A DNA stretch of 64,000 bases from Phaeosaccion multiseriatum (Eukaryota; Protista; Ochrophyta, other classes). The notes beneath the pieces were generated by a model, which was not told the DNA's origin, made no database searches, and was given only the letters and a program-made list of their open reading frames with translations. The DNA lies in NCBI GenBank assembly GCA_965112735.1, contig OZ218958.1:558001-622000 (forward strand). Direction: 5' to 3'. Numbering within the stretch: the stretch's first letter is position 1; each line of letters starts with the position of its first letter. Below are positions 35,380 through 48,168 of the stretch, in pieces. The position numbers were made by a program, and so were the translations under genes.

Positions 35380-35849
35380 TCCACTTGCACCACCCGCGGG
35401 GCCGGCAGCCTTTGCATGGGCCCTCTGCTGCCATCCTCCGCCGTGCCTCTCCTTCGCCTCCAGGGGATGGCAACTGACGTGTGCCAGGAAGGCCGTGGTG
35501 GCCATCGCGCTGGCGGTCTGCGGCACGGGTGAATGAATACATTAATGGCGCGGTAAATAGTAATGGCGTGGACGGGATCAAGGGGTGAATGCACTAACGT
35601 CGTGTGAATGGGTTCGGGGCAGAGCAGCAGATGAGATCTAAACAAAGCGGACATGATTTCGTGTCGATATTCCTTCAGTGACTTACGAGGTGGGGGGCGG
35701 TGGTGAGGAGCGTGTTGAGAATGGCGTTGGCCTTTTCAATAGTGCACACGCCTACGTGCACATTCCGGAGGCCTCCGCGGCCTTTGGAGCCCTGAAGGGC
35801 GCGCACCTGAGATCAGAGAGCGGAGGGGGAGGGAGAAAGAGGGGGGAGA

Positions 35850-35919
<70 letters not shown>

Positions 35920-37347
35920 GGAGAGAGGGTCGGTGGGAATGAGAAAGAGAGGGAGAGAGGACAGTGCTTTCGCAGAAATAGAGAGGGAGGGCGAGAGAGG
36001 GGGTGCGGGGGGAGAGAGAGGACAGCGATCGTCTTTTGCTTCTTGCCTTGATGCGCTGTCGTTTGGGCCGCCCCCGATTGTACAAGGAGAAAACACTCTT
36101 GTAGTGCCTTGTCTGCTCATACACCAGGCTCACAAATGGCAGCACCACGAGCACCTGGCGGTTTATTCGCTCATCCCGCATGCCGATATCGCCCCTCTCC
36201 CTCTGATCACCCCTGCTTCCTCCTCCTCCTCCTCCTCCTCCTCCTCCTCCTCCTCCTCCTCCTCCTTCCCCTCCTTCCCCTGCCGCTGCTGCGGCTGGTG
36301 GTGGTGAAACCGCTGCAACTTCTGTAACGCCAAACAGCCTCATCCACATGAGCACTTCCGCCACCATGGTCTTTCCCCCAGACGTAGGAGCCGAGTAAAC
36401 GATGCTGCTGCGCCCCTCCAGCACGCTGCGATTGCCACTGAGGCACTCCACCTTCAGGGAGGAGGAACAAGAGAAGGAAGGAGGGAAGGGAGGGAGGGAA
36501 ATAGGGAGGAGGGAGGGAGGGAGGGAGGGAGAGGCGGTGAGTGCCTTGCATTGATGCACACACGCACACACGCACGCACCTGCCAGGGATAGAAATGGCT
36601 CACCCCCCTGCTCTCGTAAAAGTCCACGAGGCTGGAGGGCAGCCCCCACAAGCGGAACAACAGCCGCACGCTCGTCTCTGTCTCGGGGGCGGTCTGCGCT
36701 TCTCCCCGTGCCTTTGCCTGGTCCAACGGAGGCGCCCGGTGTCCATCTCTGACAGTATGTTTGCCGTAGGGGTTTGCGAGGGGCGCCCTCTCAGAGGCTG
36801 GTACTGCTGCTGTATCAATGACTGCTGCTCCTGCTGCTGCTCCTGCTGCCACAGTAGCTGCTGCCGCTGCCGTGGGCGGAGATGACAATGATGGCGGCAG
36901 AGCAATGGATGAGGAGCTCGGGGGCGCTCCAAGAGGTGCTGCGCTAGCCCGAGGCGGGGGCTGGTAGCCCTCTTTTACTGCCTCCGGTGCTAGTGCAGGG
37001 GCTGCTGCTACTGCTGCTGCTACTTCTGCTGCTGCTGATGCCGAACAGGACGATGGAGGCGGAGACGTAGGAGGCCGATGGAGAGGGGGGCTGGGAGCTG
37101 GATAATGACCCTGGCGTTGTCTACGACCTGCTCCTTCCTTCTCATCACCATGCCCACACCCCATAAGGTTTCTCGGATGGTGGTCAGTGTATCCCCGCCC
37201 CTCAGCCTGCTGTCGGCGCTTCTGCCCATCCTGATCCTCCACCCTCTGCCTCTTGCGGTTCCTCGTCTGGCGCGCCTCCTCCTCCATCCGCTGGATCTCC
37301 ACCAGGGAGGAAGGGCTCAACGGCACCTCATCCCAGTCGACGTCCAT
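19019..37347 (-). CDS. POLQ: DNA polymerase theta (N-terminal Ski2-like SF2 helicase + C-terminal family A polymerase), ~25 exons
   Basis: Helicase motifs: FYPWQ|[69 protein letters not shown]|[17 protein letters not shown]. Polymerase motifs: [21 protein letters not shown]...IQ|[16 protein letters not shown] (A), [14 protein letters not shown] (B), [22 protein letters not shown]|[10 protein letters not shown]|VHDEL (C). The exon chain needs two GC-AG introns and one frame correction near the C12 run at 28769-28780. Confidence 0.93.
29505..30392. repeat. Two (TGAGGG)n telomere-like arrays (~29505-29690 and ~29940-30392) in POLQ introns
   Basis: Tandem AGGGTG hexamers with interspersed TTAGGG and TCAGGG variants, seen directly. 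Confidence 0.85.
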
Positions 37348-37849
37348 CCTCTCGCTCCCACACCTCACATTGCTGGCGCCTTTTCGGTGCTTCCTCTCCT
37401 CCTCTCCCAACGCTCTCCTCTTCCCTTCCTCTCTCCTCTCCTCTCTTCGCCTAACCTTCCCCAAGAGTAGAGAGGTTCCCCAGGAAATGTCCCCGATCAC
37501 GGGAAGCACCAGACCAAGCACCAGCTGGCAAGCACAAGGCCTAACAAAGACTTTCTCTTTGCAAAAAAAAAAAAAAAAAGCGCCAACGAAGTGAGAAAGG
37601 TGGTTGTTTGAGTAACAGTTGGCGCAAAAGAACCCTTTTTTTTGGACTGAAGACAAAACACAGAGCAGTAAATAATACACAGAAGCAGCAGCCGTGGGGT
37701 AGGAGCTGGGGACCGCCAGTGCTGAAGTCGGAAAGGAGGAAGCGCACGGAGGTGCCGCCCCAGGGATCTCAAAGGGGCTTTGGTGGTGGAAGGCTCTAGA
37801 GGCGAGGGCACAAGCAGGCTGAGGGCTGTGACAGGCGGTGGCCGAAGCC

Positions 37850-40800
37850 ATGGTCGAGAGCGTCGAGGGGGAGGCTCCTCAAGGGAACCAAGAGCATGAT
37901 GGTGCGGTGGGTGATTACTATACGACAAGGAGCGACGGTGGTCAGCACACACAAGGCGCGGGTTTGACTCCGCAACAGCAGCAACAGCAACGCAACAAGG
38001 CCGTCAGTCGCCACATGCGGCAGCGACTTCTCCTCCTCCTTCACGCCGGGCAGTGCACCGCAGGTGAGTTGATCGCCCCCTCGAACGGGTTTGTTGCGGT
38101 GTATTTTTGACCAGTCTTGGGACTCAGGGAATGGGGCGGACGCAATTTTTCCTATAATCTTTGCTCTGACGCTGATGCCCCTCCTCCTCCTCTACCCCGC
38201 TCCTTTCCCCCGCTTTTCAACCTCGGCATCCTCGCTCCTTCTGCCCTCTCTTTCTGTTGCCCTCCCTCACCCATTCGCTGTACTCACTCCTTCTTCCGCG
38301 GTTCTTCCACCCCACTCTGCCCGTTCTCAATCTCCGTCGCTCTACTGCCAACCAATCGAATGTCGCTGCTGTTTGCTTCCGTCGCACTCCTGAGAAGGTT
38401 CTGAAGAGTGTTCGGTGATGCCCAACTGCGCCGCCGCTCGAAAACTCCTCCAGCACATTGCTCTGTGCCCCGCTCTTTTGCCGAGGAGGAGAAGCCCAAC
38501 GGCTGCAGGCAATAGTACTGGCAGTGACAAGAAGGAGGAGCCTCCTAGCGCAACGACCGTCACCGCTGCTCAAGGAGGAGGGGGCTCACCGGAGCGCTCT
38601 GAAGACGGCCCCTATCCACACTTCGAGGTGATTCCTCCGGCGTGCTCGGTGCCGCACTGCCCGAGCTCTGCGCTGCTCCTCGCCCATTATGGGAGCTGTC
38701 AGAGCCGCTGGTGCGCCACCTGTGCTCCCGTTAGAGAGGCGCTTGGTCGTCTGCCGGCACCAGGACCGCGGCCAGCAGCAGTAGCGAAGCGGCGAGCAGA
38801 AGTGGAGCCAGCAGCGGCAGTACTTGGTGATACAGTAGTGGGGGGGGAAGCGCAAGGGACCGGGCAGGGGAGTCAAGCTCTGCTGATGAGTGGTGCGACA
38901 GCAGAAATCCGAACGACGCCGGCTGTTGTACCACCGTCTGCTACTGCTGTACCACCAACTGGTGGGTACTCTCGCTCCACTGGGGGTGGGGGAGAGGCCT
39001 CTAGCTGGAGCGAGCCCCTCCCGGAGGAGCAGGGCAGAGTCCACGACGGCAATGAAGGATCAGGGCTGGCAGTAATGCCGATACTGAAGTCGTTAGCTTT
39101 GGATCAGGATCCGTGGCATCCGGCGGCGGTGGCCCCTGCTTCTGCCTCTGCATCAACTGGGAGTAGTTTCGCTGCCGTCCGAGTGCCCCCCACTCCTCAG
39201 TCCGGCCATGGCACCGCTACTCGCACTGGTACCAGCGGTGACATGATGGACAAAGGAGGAGGTGGAGGAGGGGGAGGAGGTGGAGGAGGCGGAGGAGGGG
39301 GAGTAGGAGGAGGAGGCCATCCGACGCCGGCGCGAAGGGCCCCCACGCCCAAGGGGACGCGAATGGCCACAAAGGGGACGCGAATGAAGTTCTCAAGGGT
39401 GCGCAGGAATCGGTCGCCGAATGCAGCGACTTCAGCAGCAGCAGCAGCCGCAGCAACAGCAGTTGGTGACACAGCAGCAGCATCACCTCCACCTCATCTG
39501 GTGCCGTCTATTGAGGCGGGTTCGAAGCGTAGATCGCAGTCAGCAAACCTTGAACCTTCTCCTCCTCTTTCTCCTCCTTCTCTTCCTCCTCCTTCACCTA
39601 CTTCTTCTGCTACCCCCCCCCCGGCAAGTGGCGGTGAGCCACCGATGCATCAGGCCTCGCTGCCTCTCAAGAAGAGTCTGCAAGTACGCCTGATGGCGGA
39701 GCAAGAGAAGGTGGAGGCAAAGCAGGGGAGAGTGGCAGTGGATGGTGAGGAGAAGGAGAAGGAGGAGGAGGTTCATCAGAGGAGGATGGCAGTGGATGGG
39801 GAAGAGGCCAAGCAAGCGGAGGCACAGCAGAGGAGTAGTCACATAGAGGCAGAGCAGCGACAGCCTGATCGGCGACGAAGCAGGAAGAGGATGCGAGCCG
39901 AGGAGGATCCGACCGAGCAAACTGACGCCCGAGCCCCCTTCGCTGATGCCCCGTCGACGCGAACGCGTGAGCTGACCCCACGCGTAGAGCCACCACACGA
40001 AGCACAGGTAGCGCATGAGCCTTTGTTGACTGACCTTTCCCGAGTTGGAGCCGTCCACCACAACGGCGACTCGGAGTCCTGCCGCACCGATCAAGACAAC
40101 TCGCAGCAGCCCTGTCACCAGCCAAAAGGGACTCAGAGAGAGGAGCTTGGCTCCGAGTCGGGGCATCCTGATACGAATCGGGCATCCGACAGTAGAGAGG
40201 GCCCGGAGAACGGAGCGGTACTTGTCGACGCCTCTTCGTCGAGACAGGGGAAGGAAGGGAAGGGTTTCCGACTCGAGGCACAGGAGCAGGTGGTCCATGG
40301 TTGGCAGCACGGAGAGAGTGCGAGTACTGAGAGTGAGAGTCAGTGCAATTGGGGCCCGACGGAGCTGAGGAGGAGGGTTTCCGAGCGGAGGATAATAAGG
40401 AGCCGACGGAGCCTGAGTCGGAGCCGGAGTCCCAGTCCCAGTCACGACCGTCCCGATCGTACGGTCACTGGGAGTGACCGCTGGAAACCGCCGCTGCCGC
40501 CATCGGAGCGAGGAGAAGGGCCTCCTATCGGATTTGAGAGAGGACACGACGACCCTGACCATTGCCACGACGAGGCTGTGCGGCAGCTCCGGCAGCAGCA
40601 GGAGCAGGAGGAAGAGCTCATCTTTCGTCAGAAGGAGGCCGCGCGGTTCTATGCTACTCCTTCCGCGGTTCCTGTCGAGCAGCCGCAGCCGCAGATACTG
40701 ACGCAGCCGCAGCAGTTGGTGATCCAGCAGGGGGAAGACCACGGGAAAGTCCAGCCACATGCTCAGTCAAAGACGGGGAAGCACAAGATGCTGAAGAAGG

Positions 40801-42263
40801 AGGAAGCCGAGGAGGGCGTACGAGTCGAGAATGAGAAGGAGGAGGACGACGAGGAGGAGGAGGAGGAGGAGGAGGAGGAGAAGGAGAAGGAGGAAGAGGA
40901 GGAGGAGGAGGAGAAGGAGGAAGAGGAGGAGAACGAGGAGAACGAGGAGGAGAGCGAGAAGGAGGACGACAAGGAGGACGACGAGGATGGCGAGGGGGCG
41001 GGGGATGCGAAGGAGAATGACTGCCAGGAGCAGGCAAAGGAGGGGGATGGGAAGCAGGGGCGTGGGAAGAAGGGGGATGGGAAAGAGGGAGAGGAGGATG
41101 GGAAGGAGGGAGGGGGTGAGAAGGACGGAAAGGAGGATGAGAGCAAGGAGGAGAAGGAGAACATGGACACGGAGGAGGAGGAGAAGGAGAACGAATCGAC
41201 AGAGAAGGATGAGGAGGGTTTCCGAGTCCGGGACGAGCGACGTATTCTCATGCAGCACGCTGCCTCCTGCCAGCAGCTCTTCTGCCGATTCTCTCCCCTC
41301 TGCGCTCGGGGCAAGGCTCTTCTGAAGCACCAACGCAAGTGCGACATCGCCCCCGGGGGCTGCAAGGTGTGCGTGGCCCTTGCTCACGTGCGGCCGCCCT
41401 CTCCTCCTCCGCTGCCGCCTTATGCAGGCTCTCAGACAGTTGCTGCCATGGGCATAAGCTTCAGCAGCAGCAGCAACAGCAACAGCAGCAGGAGGAGCAG
41501 CAGCAGCAAGGAGAGTCGGAGCTCTAGTGGTAGCAGGAGCAGGAGCAGCAGCAGCAGCAGCAGCAGCAGGCGTAGAAGCGGCGGCGGTCGCTCCTCGTGC
41601 TCTTCGTCACCCGATGCGAGCCCCGCCCGGCGGTATCGCGACGACGCTGCTGTATCACCAACCGCGTCACATCATCATCCGTCCGACTCAGCCTTAGCCT
41701 TGCTGAAACGGGGGTTGTTCACAGACCCACCTCCTCGCCCCCCCTCGCGGAGCCACAAGAAGCGCAACAAGACGAAGAAGAAGACCCACCACCACCGTCA
41801 TCACCAACATCGTCATGTGCCCCACGATGGCCGTGAGCAGCAGCATGGAAGGAGTGGTAGCAGCAGCAGCAGCAGCAGCAGCAGTCGTGGCAGTGGTAGT
41901 GGCAGCAGAGGTGGTATTGCCGTTGGTGGTGCGAGTCAGCAACAGCGTCGCCAAGCGGGGGACTCGGACGAGGTGAGGATGCCTCCCCCTCGCACGCGGC
42001 CCCGCCACAGGCACCGTGGCCGGAGTCAGAGGTGTCAGGACGATGACCGGAGTCAGAGGTGTCAAGAGGAGAATGCACGGCCCACAATTACTGCCGCTGC
42101 AGTATCACCAACTGCTGCGGCTACTGTTGCGGCGGCTACTCCCCTTTCTACGAAGGTTGCGGGGATCGATTCCGGCGAGAGGCTCGCGCGGGAAGGAGGG
42201 TTTACAGCAGCAGCCCCTGTCTCCAGCGCCAGCGGGCTAAGCGGGGGCAGCACCATCGCCTGA
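37850..42263 (+). CDS. Large low-complexity protein with two TAZ-type zinc fingers
   Basis: Exon 37850-38063 is spliced to ~38407-42263. TAZ 1: RQRLLLLLHAGQCTA|ECSVMPNCAAARKLLQHIALC...CSVPHCPSSALLLAHYGSCQSRWCATC. Shorter TAZ-like 2: ILMQHAASCQQLFCRFSPLCARGKALLKHQRKCDIAPGGCKVC. Confidence 0.8.
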
Positions 42264-43384
42264 CACTTGTTACTAAACCCGGGGGGGGGGGGGGGCAGCA
42301 GCATTGGTCAGCATCAAAGCCACGCCTTCGTCCTCGACCTCATCACCCCCCTGGGGGATGGCAGTGGATGAGTCGTCGGTATGCACCGACGACTGGGGTG
42401 AGAGGTGAGAGGCGAAGAGCGTCTGTAGGCGAAGGCCTCTGTAGGCGAAGGCCTCTGTAGGCGAAGGCCTGGCTGTCCGATGAATGGTGGGGCCAGGGAA
42501 AGGGTTCAAAGGAAGGGGCGGGGAAAGGGGGCGCCCATTGTACATACAGTGGAGGACGGAGGGGAGGAGGGATGTGAGGTGGTAGTTAGGGGAAGAAGGG
42601 GAAGAAGGGGGGGGTGGGGGGTTAGAGACTTTTCCATCGGACATGTGAGACTTGCCCCCTGTGTGGTCGGGAGCCATAGCTGGGAAACTTTCAACCTTTG
42701 ATCTAGAATAAATAAAATCTTTAAGAGCTCCTTCCGACTCTTCCCCCTGTCTTGTTGCTGCTGCGGTGGTGCTTTGTCCTGCCTTCCGTTACTTCCTCGA
42801 CACTACAACTGTAGAATAACATTACTTCACTTTGCCCCTGCTTCACTGGCTCCCTCGCCTAGTTGAAGCCTGACTGCCGGTTTGACCTTTCTGTCGTCTA
42901 CGTGCACACTGGACCCACGCACCCACCCACGCACCGTGGTACTGCGAGAGCCCCGTGGCAACGCGATACGATACCCGCACCACCCCCCCCTCTCCATCAC
43001 CCTCCCCTACGGCACCCCCCCCCCCGGGTCCGAGGGCCTTGCTGCGCATAGCTGCTTAGGAAATTCGCCACCGCAGAAGCTTTCGCCACTGCCGAAGCTC
43101 CCTCGCCTAGCTAGAAGCCTGAGTGTGCCGCTGTGATCTTTCTGCCGTCCACGTACACACTGGACCCTTCGACCCACGCACCGATGAGACTGTGTGAGAG
43201 CCCGACCGCTCATCACGACACTGTTGCCGCTCATCGAGTCACTGGCGTTGCCACTCATGCGGAGGCTGGTGCCTGAGCTACCGCTGCTGCTGCTCATCAT
43301 CACGCTTGACCCACCTTCACTGGAGCTGGACATCCAGGAGGAAGAGGAAGAGGAGTGCGATCGCCTCGGAGCGCCGGAGAAGAC

Positions 43385-44398
43385 TCAGGAGGAGCGAGTG
43401 CGTCTCCTCAAGGCACCACCACTCATGACCATACCATCAGGGCCCGTCGACAGGCTTGAGCCGGGACCAGTCATCGCCATGCCGCCACGGTCCATAGAAA
43501 GGCTGGAACCACCCAAGCCACTGTGTATCTCCTCTCCGCTCCGGCCCATCGAGACGCTGGAGCTGAATCCATCGAATTCACTGGAGCTAGACGTGCTGCC
43601 TGCACCATTGCCGCTGGAGCTCTGAGAGTCCCAGTGTGAGTGTCTGGGAGCAGCGACACAGGCGGCAGTGGTGGAGGTGGTGGTGCCGCTCGAGACGGCG
43701 GCAGTACTGGTGCCTCTCGAAGGGGCGAGAGTGGGGCTAGTGGCGGCCATGAGTGCGGGCTTGCTGTTGGGCCCCTCGTAGGTTCCACGCACGGTGACCT
43801 TGGTGCCATTGCCATGCGCCACGATAGCGTAGACGTTCTTCCTCACCGCGATGTTGGTATCCGACCCATGTGTCTCAATATCGGAGGCGTTCCCGCGAAC
43901 GTTGATGGTGACTCCCGAGACGTGGCATGTGATGGAGACAGCGTCCCCCGCCAAGTTGATGGTCGTCCCGGCCGGATACGACGACGCGGAGGAGGTAGAA
44001 TGAGCCCCTCTGGTGTTGCGAGTCGACGTTTCAGAAGGAACGACTGGGGCTTTGGGCAGCGCGTGGGAAGCCCCATTGGCTTCCATGGTGCACCCGGATC
44101 CATGCGCCACGACCGAGTAGGAGCCCTTCCCTACCACGATGTTTGTATTTTCTCCATGGGTGTTGATGAAGGAGGCTTCCTCTCCGATCCGGATGTGGTT
44201 GCGGGTCCCACGGCATGTGATCGATGAGACGCTGCCACTCACATTGACGGTGGTGCCCGCTGCGAAGCACTCCACTGACAGAGTGCCATCGCTCTCGTTG
44301 GTAGACACGGTGGTGGTTCCGCTCTTCCCGTGGGTTGTTCCCTTCTCGGCGGAGGCACCCCGCTTGATGACCTTGTTCTTGACCGCAGTATGCACCAT
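43385..44398 (-). CDS. Intronless hypothetical protein with a duplicated ~65-aa beta-strand-rich domain and a Ser/Gly/Met tail; may be a pseudogene
   Basis: ATG at 44398 (MVHTAVKNK). Internal repeat: FAAGTTVNVSGSVSSITCRG...VVAHGSGCTMEANG versus YPAGTTINLAGDAVSITCHV...IVAHGNGTKVTVRG. The same frame continues past the TGA to 43007. Confidence 0.55.
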   Translation of the reverse strand: MVHTAVKNKVIKRGASAEKGTTHGKSGTTTVSTNESDGTLSVECFAAGTTVNVSGSVSSITCRGTRNHIRIGEEASFINTHGENTNIVVGKGSYSVVAHGSGCTMEANGASHALPKAPVVPSETSTRNTRGAHSTSSASSYPAGTTINLAGDAVSITCHVSGVTINVRGNASDIETHGSDTNIAVRKNVYAIVAHGNGTKVTVRGTYEGPNSKPALMAATSPTLAPSRGTSTAAVSSGTTTSTTAACVAAPRHSHWDSQSSSGNGAGSTSSSSEFDGFSSSVSMGRSGEEIHSGLGGSSLSMDRGGMAMTGPGSSLSTGPDGMVMSGGALRRRTRSS

Positions 44399-45300
44399 CT
44401 CTTCTGTCAAGGTGAAAGAGGACAGGGGGAGTGAGGCAAAGGAAAAGATAAGGAAGACGCGTGAGGGTGCCACGAGCAGATGCGAAAGGTCCGGGGGGAG
44501 GCGGCGTTCCGCTCGATAGAGAAGGCAGCTCCGCTTGGGACTAGTCGAGATTCGAGCGACTTGAAATCTTGTGGAGAGAGATAGAGAGCAGAGGCATAGG
44601 GCCGCGCGATGGAGAGAGGGATGGGCGAAGGGAGGATGCTCAAGTCGGAGATACAGACGGAGAGAGAAACAGTATGAGGCGGAAAGGCCAGAGCCTCCCT
44701 TCACTAGAGCCACCTCCCGCGGTCTGGACCAGTCGAGATTCGAGCGACTGGAGGCCTAGCTACTTCGGTTGGGGGATGCTGGGGGAAGAGGGCGATATGA
44801 CAGGGACAAAGTCAGGGCGAGAGAGTCGGTACATCGTCCGTGATTGGCGGAAGGGAGGGGCGGGGCGTGAAGGGGAACATCGAAGCGGGCTGTACACCCC
44901 CTCAAATACTTGCTAGTCTACCCTTTCGCGGCGGCGGCTTACCTTTACCTTTCCTTTGCGTGCGATGGACGTGCTTTTAGACTCACAAGTGAACAGAGGG
45001 GAAAAGCGGTGTTGAAGATGCGAACCTTTTTTTCGGACATTCTATTTCAGACTTTTAGAACTACGGTTGCTGTGGAAGGAGCTGGATGTACAAGAAGGAG
45101 GCGGAGACGGCACAGATCCTAGCGGCTTCCTGCCGAAGTACGTGGTCAATACGGAAGGGAGGGAGGTGTAGATTGTGGGGTGTTTTTGGATTCGTGTGCC
45201 TCTCTCCGTCCATGCCGCTCCTCTCTATCCATGTATCTCTCGCCCTCTCTCCCTCCCTCTCCTTATGTCATCATGCTACATGTCCATTGTCCATGTCACA

Positions 45301-47287
<1,987 letters not shown>

Positions 47288-47836
47288 GTATGTTCATGTT
47301 GTCTCATGCCATCTTACATCACCTTATCTTGCTGTGGAGCGGCGGTGTGGCATCCCTTGTAGTGGGTGGGGAGCGGGTGGGAGGCGCGGGTGGAAAGAGT
47401 GGTGACAGGCGGGCCGGCCCCGCATCCATTGGGTCTGTCGCTTCTCTTTTTCTTCTTCTTCTTTGTAGGATGAGAGATGCTGACCTATCGCTCTCCCCTC
47501 CTCTCCACCTCGACTCCTCTCCACCTCCACCCCCTCCCTCACCCCCACTCCACGGGGTGTCAAGACAGAGGGGTGAGGGGTGTCAGGACAGACGGGTGAG
47601 GGGTGTCAGGACAGAGGGCCGCTGCCAAAGGCGGTTACATTCTGCTAATACGTGGATGCCATGTAGGAATTCACCTCAAATGTGTTGTTCGATCTCTCAT
47701 GGTCTCTCGTCTCTCCCTTTCTCTGTCTCTCTCTTCCTCTCTCGCGTTCGCGCTCTCTCTCTCCATCCTCTCTTCGTCGTGCGCTCTCTCTCTCGCTCTC
47801 CCACCGTCTATTTGACCGAATCACCAACTGCTGCAG

Positions 47837-48136
47837 GTCTTCGCTGGCCCTCCCTTCAAACTTGACCACAGCAACAACGCCGAGCACAGCAACTTTGTCA
47901 ACTGCCTCCGGTACAGGTGCGCGAGACGAGGGGACGGGAGAGAAGAGGGGGAGAGAGAGAGGGGGGGTGGAGAGAGAAGAGAAGAGAGAGAGGCTGAAGT
48001 CTCCTTGAACATTCTGCGCCTTTTGACCTCTGAGAAGTTGAGTTTCAGGTGTTTGTCTTCACCAACTGCGGTCGATCTTCACACGCCAGTCCCTCCAGTC
48101 GTGCGTCTCCTGACGGTGTGATTGCTGCTGTATCAC

Positions 48137-48168
<32 letters not shown>

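Noticed and set aside
42422-42470. Three 16-bp tandem units, CTGTAGGCGAAGGCCT
   Set aside because: An isolated minisatellite downstream of the TAZ gene with no other copies seen; no evidence of function.
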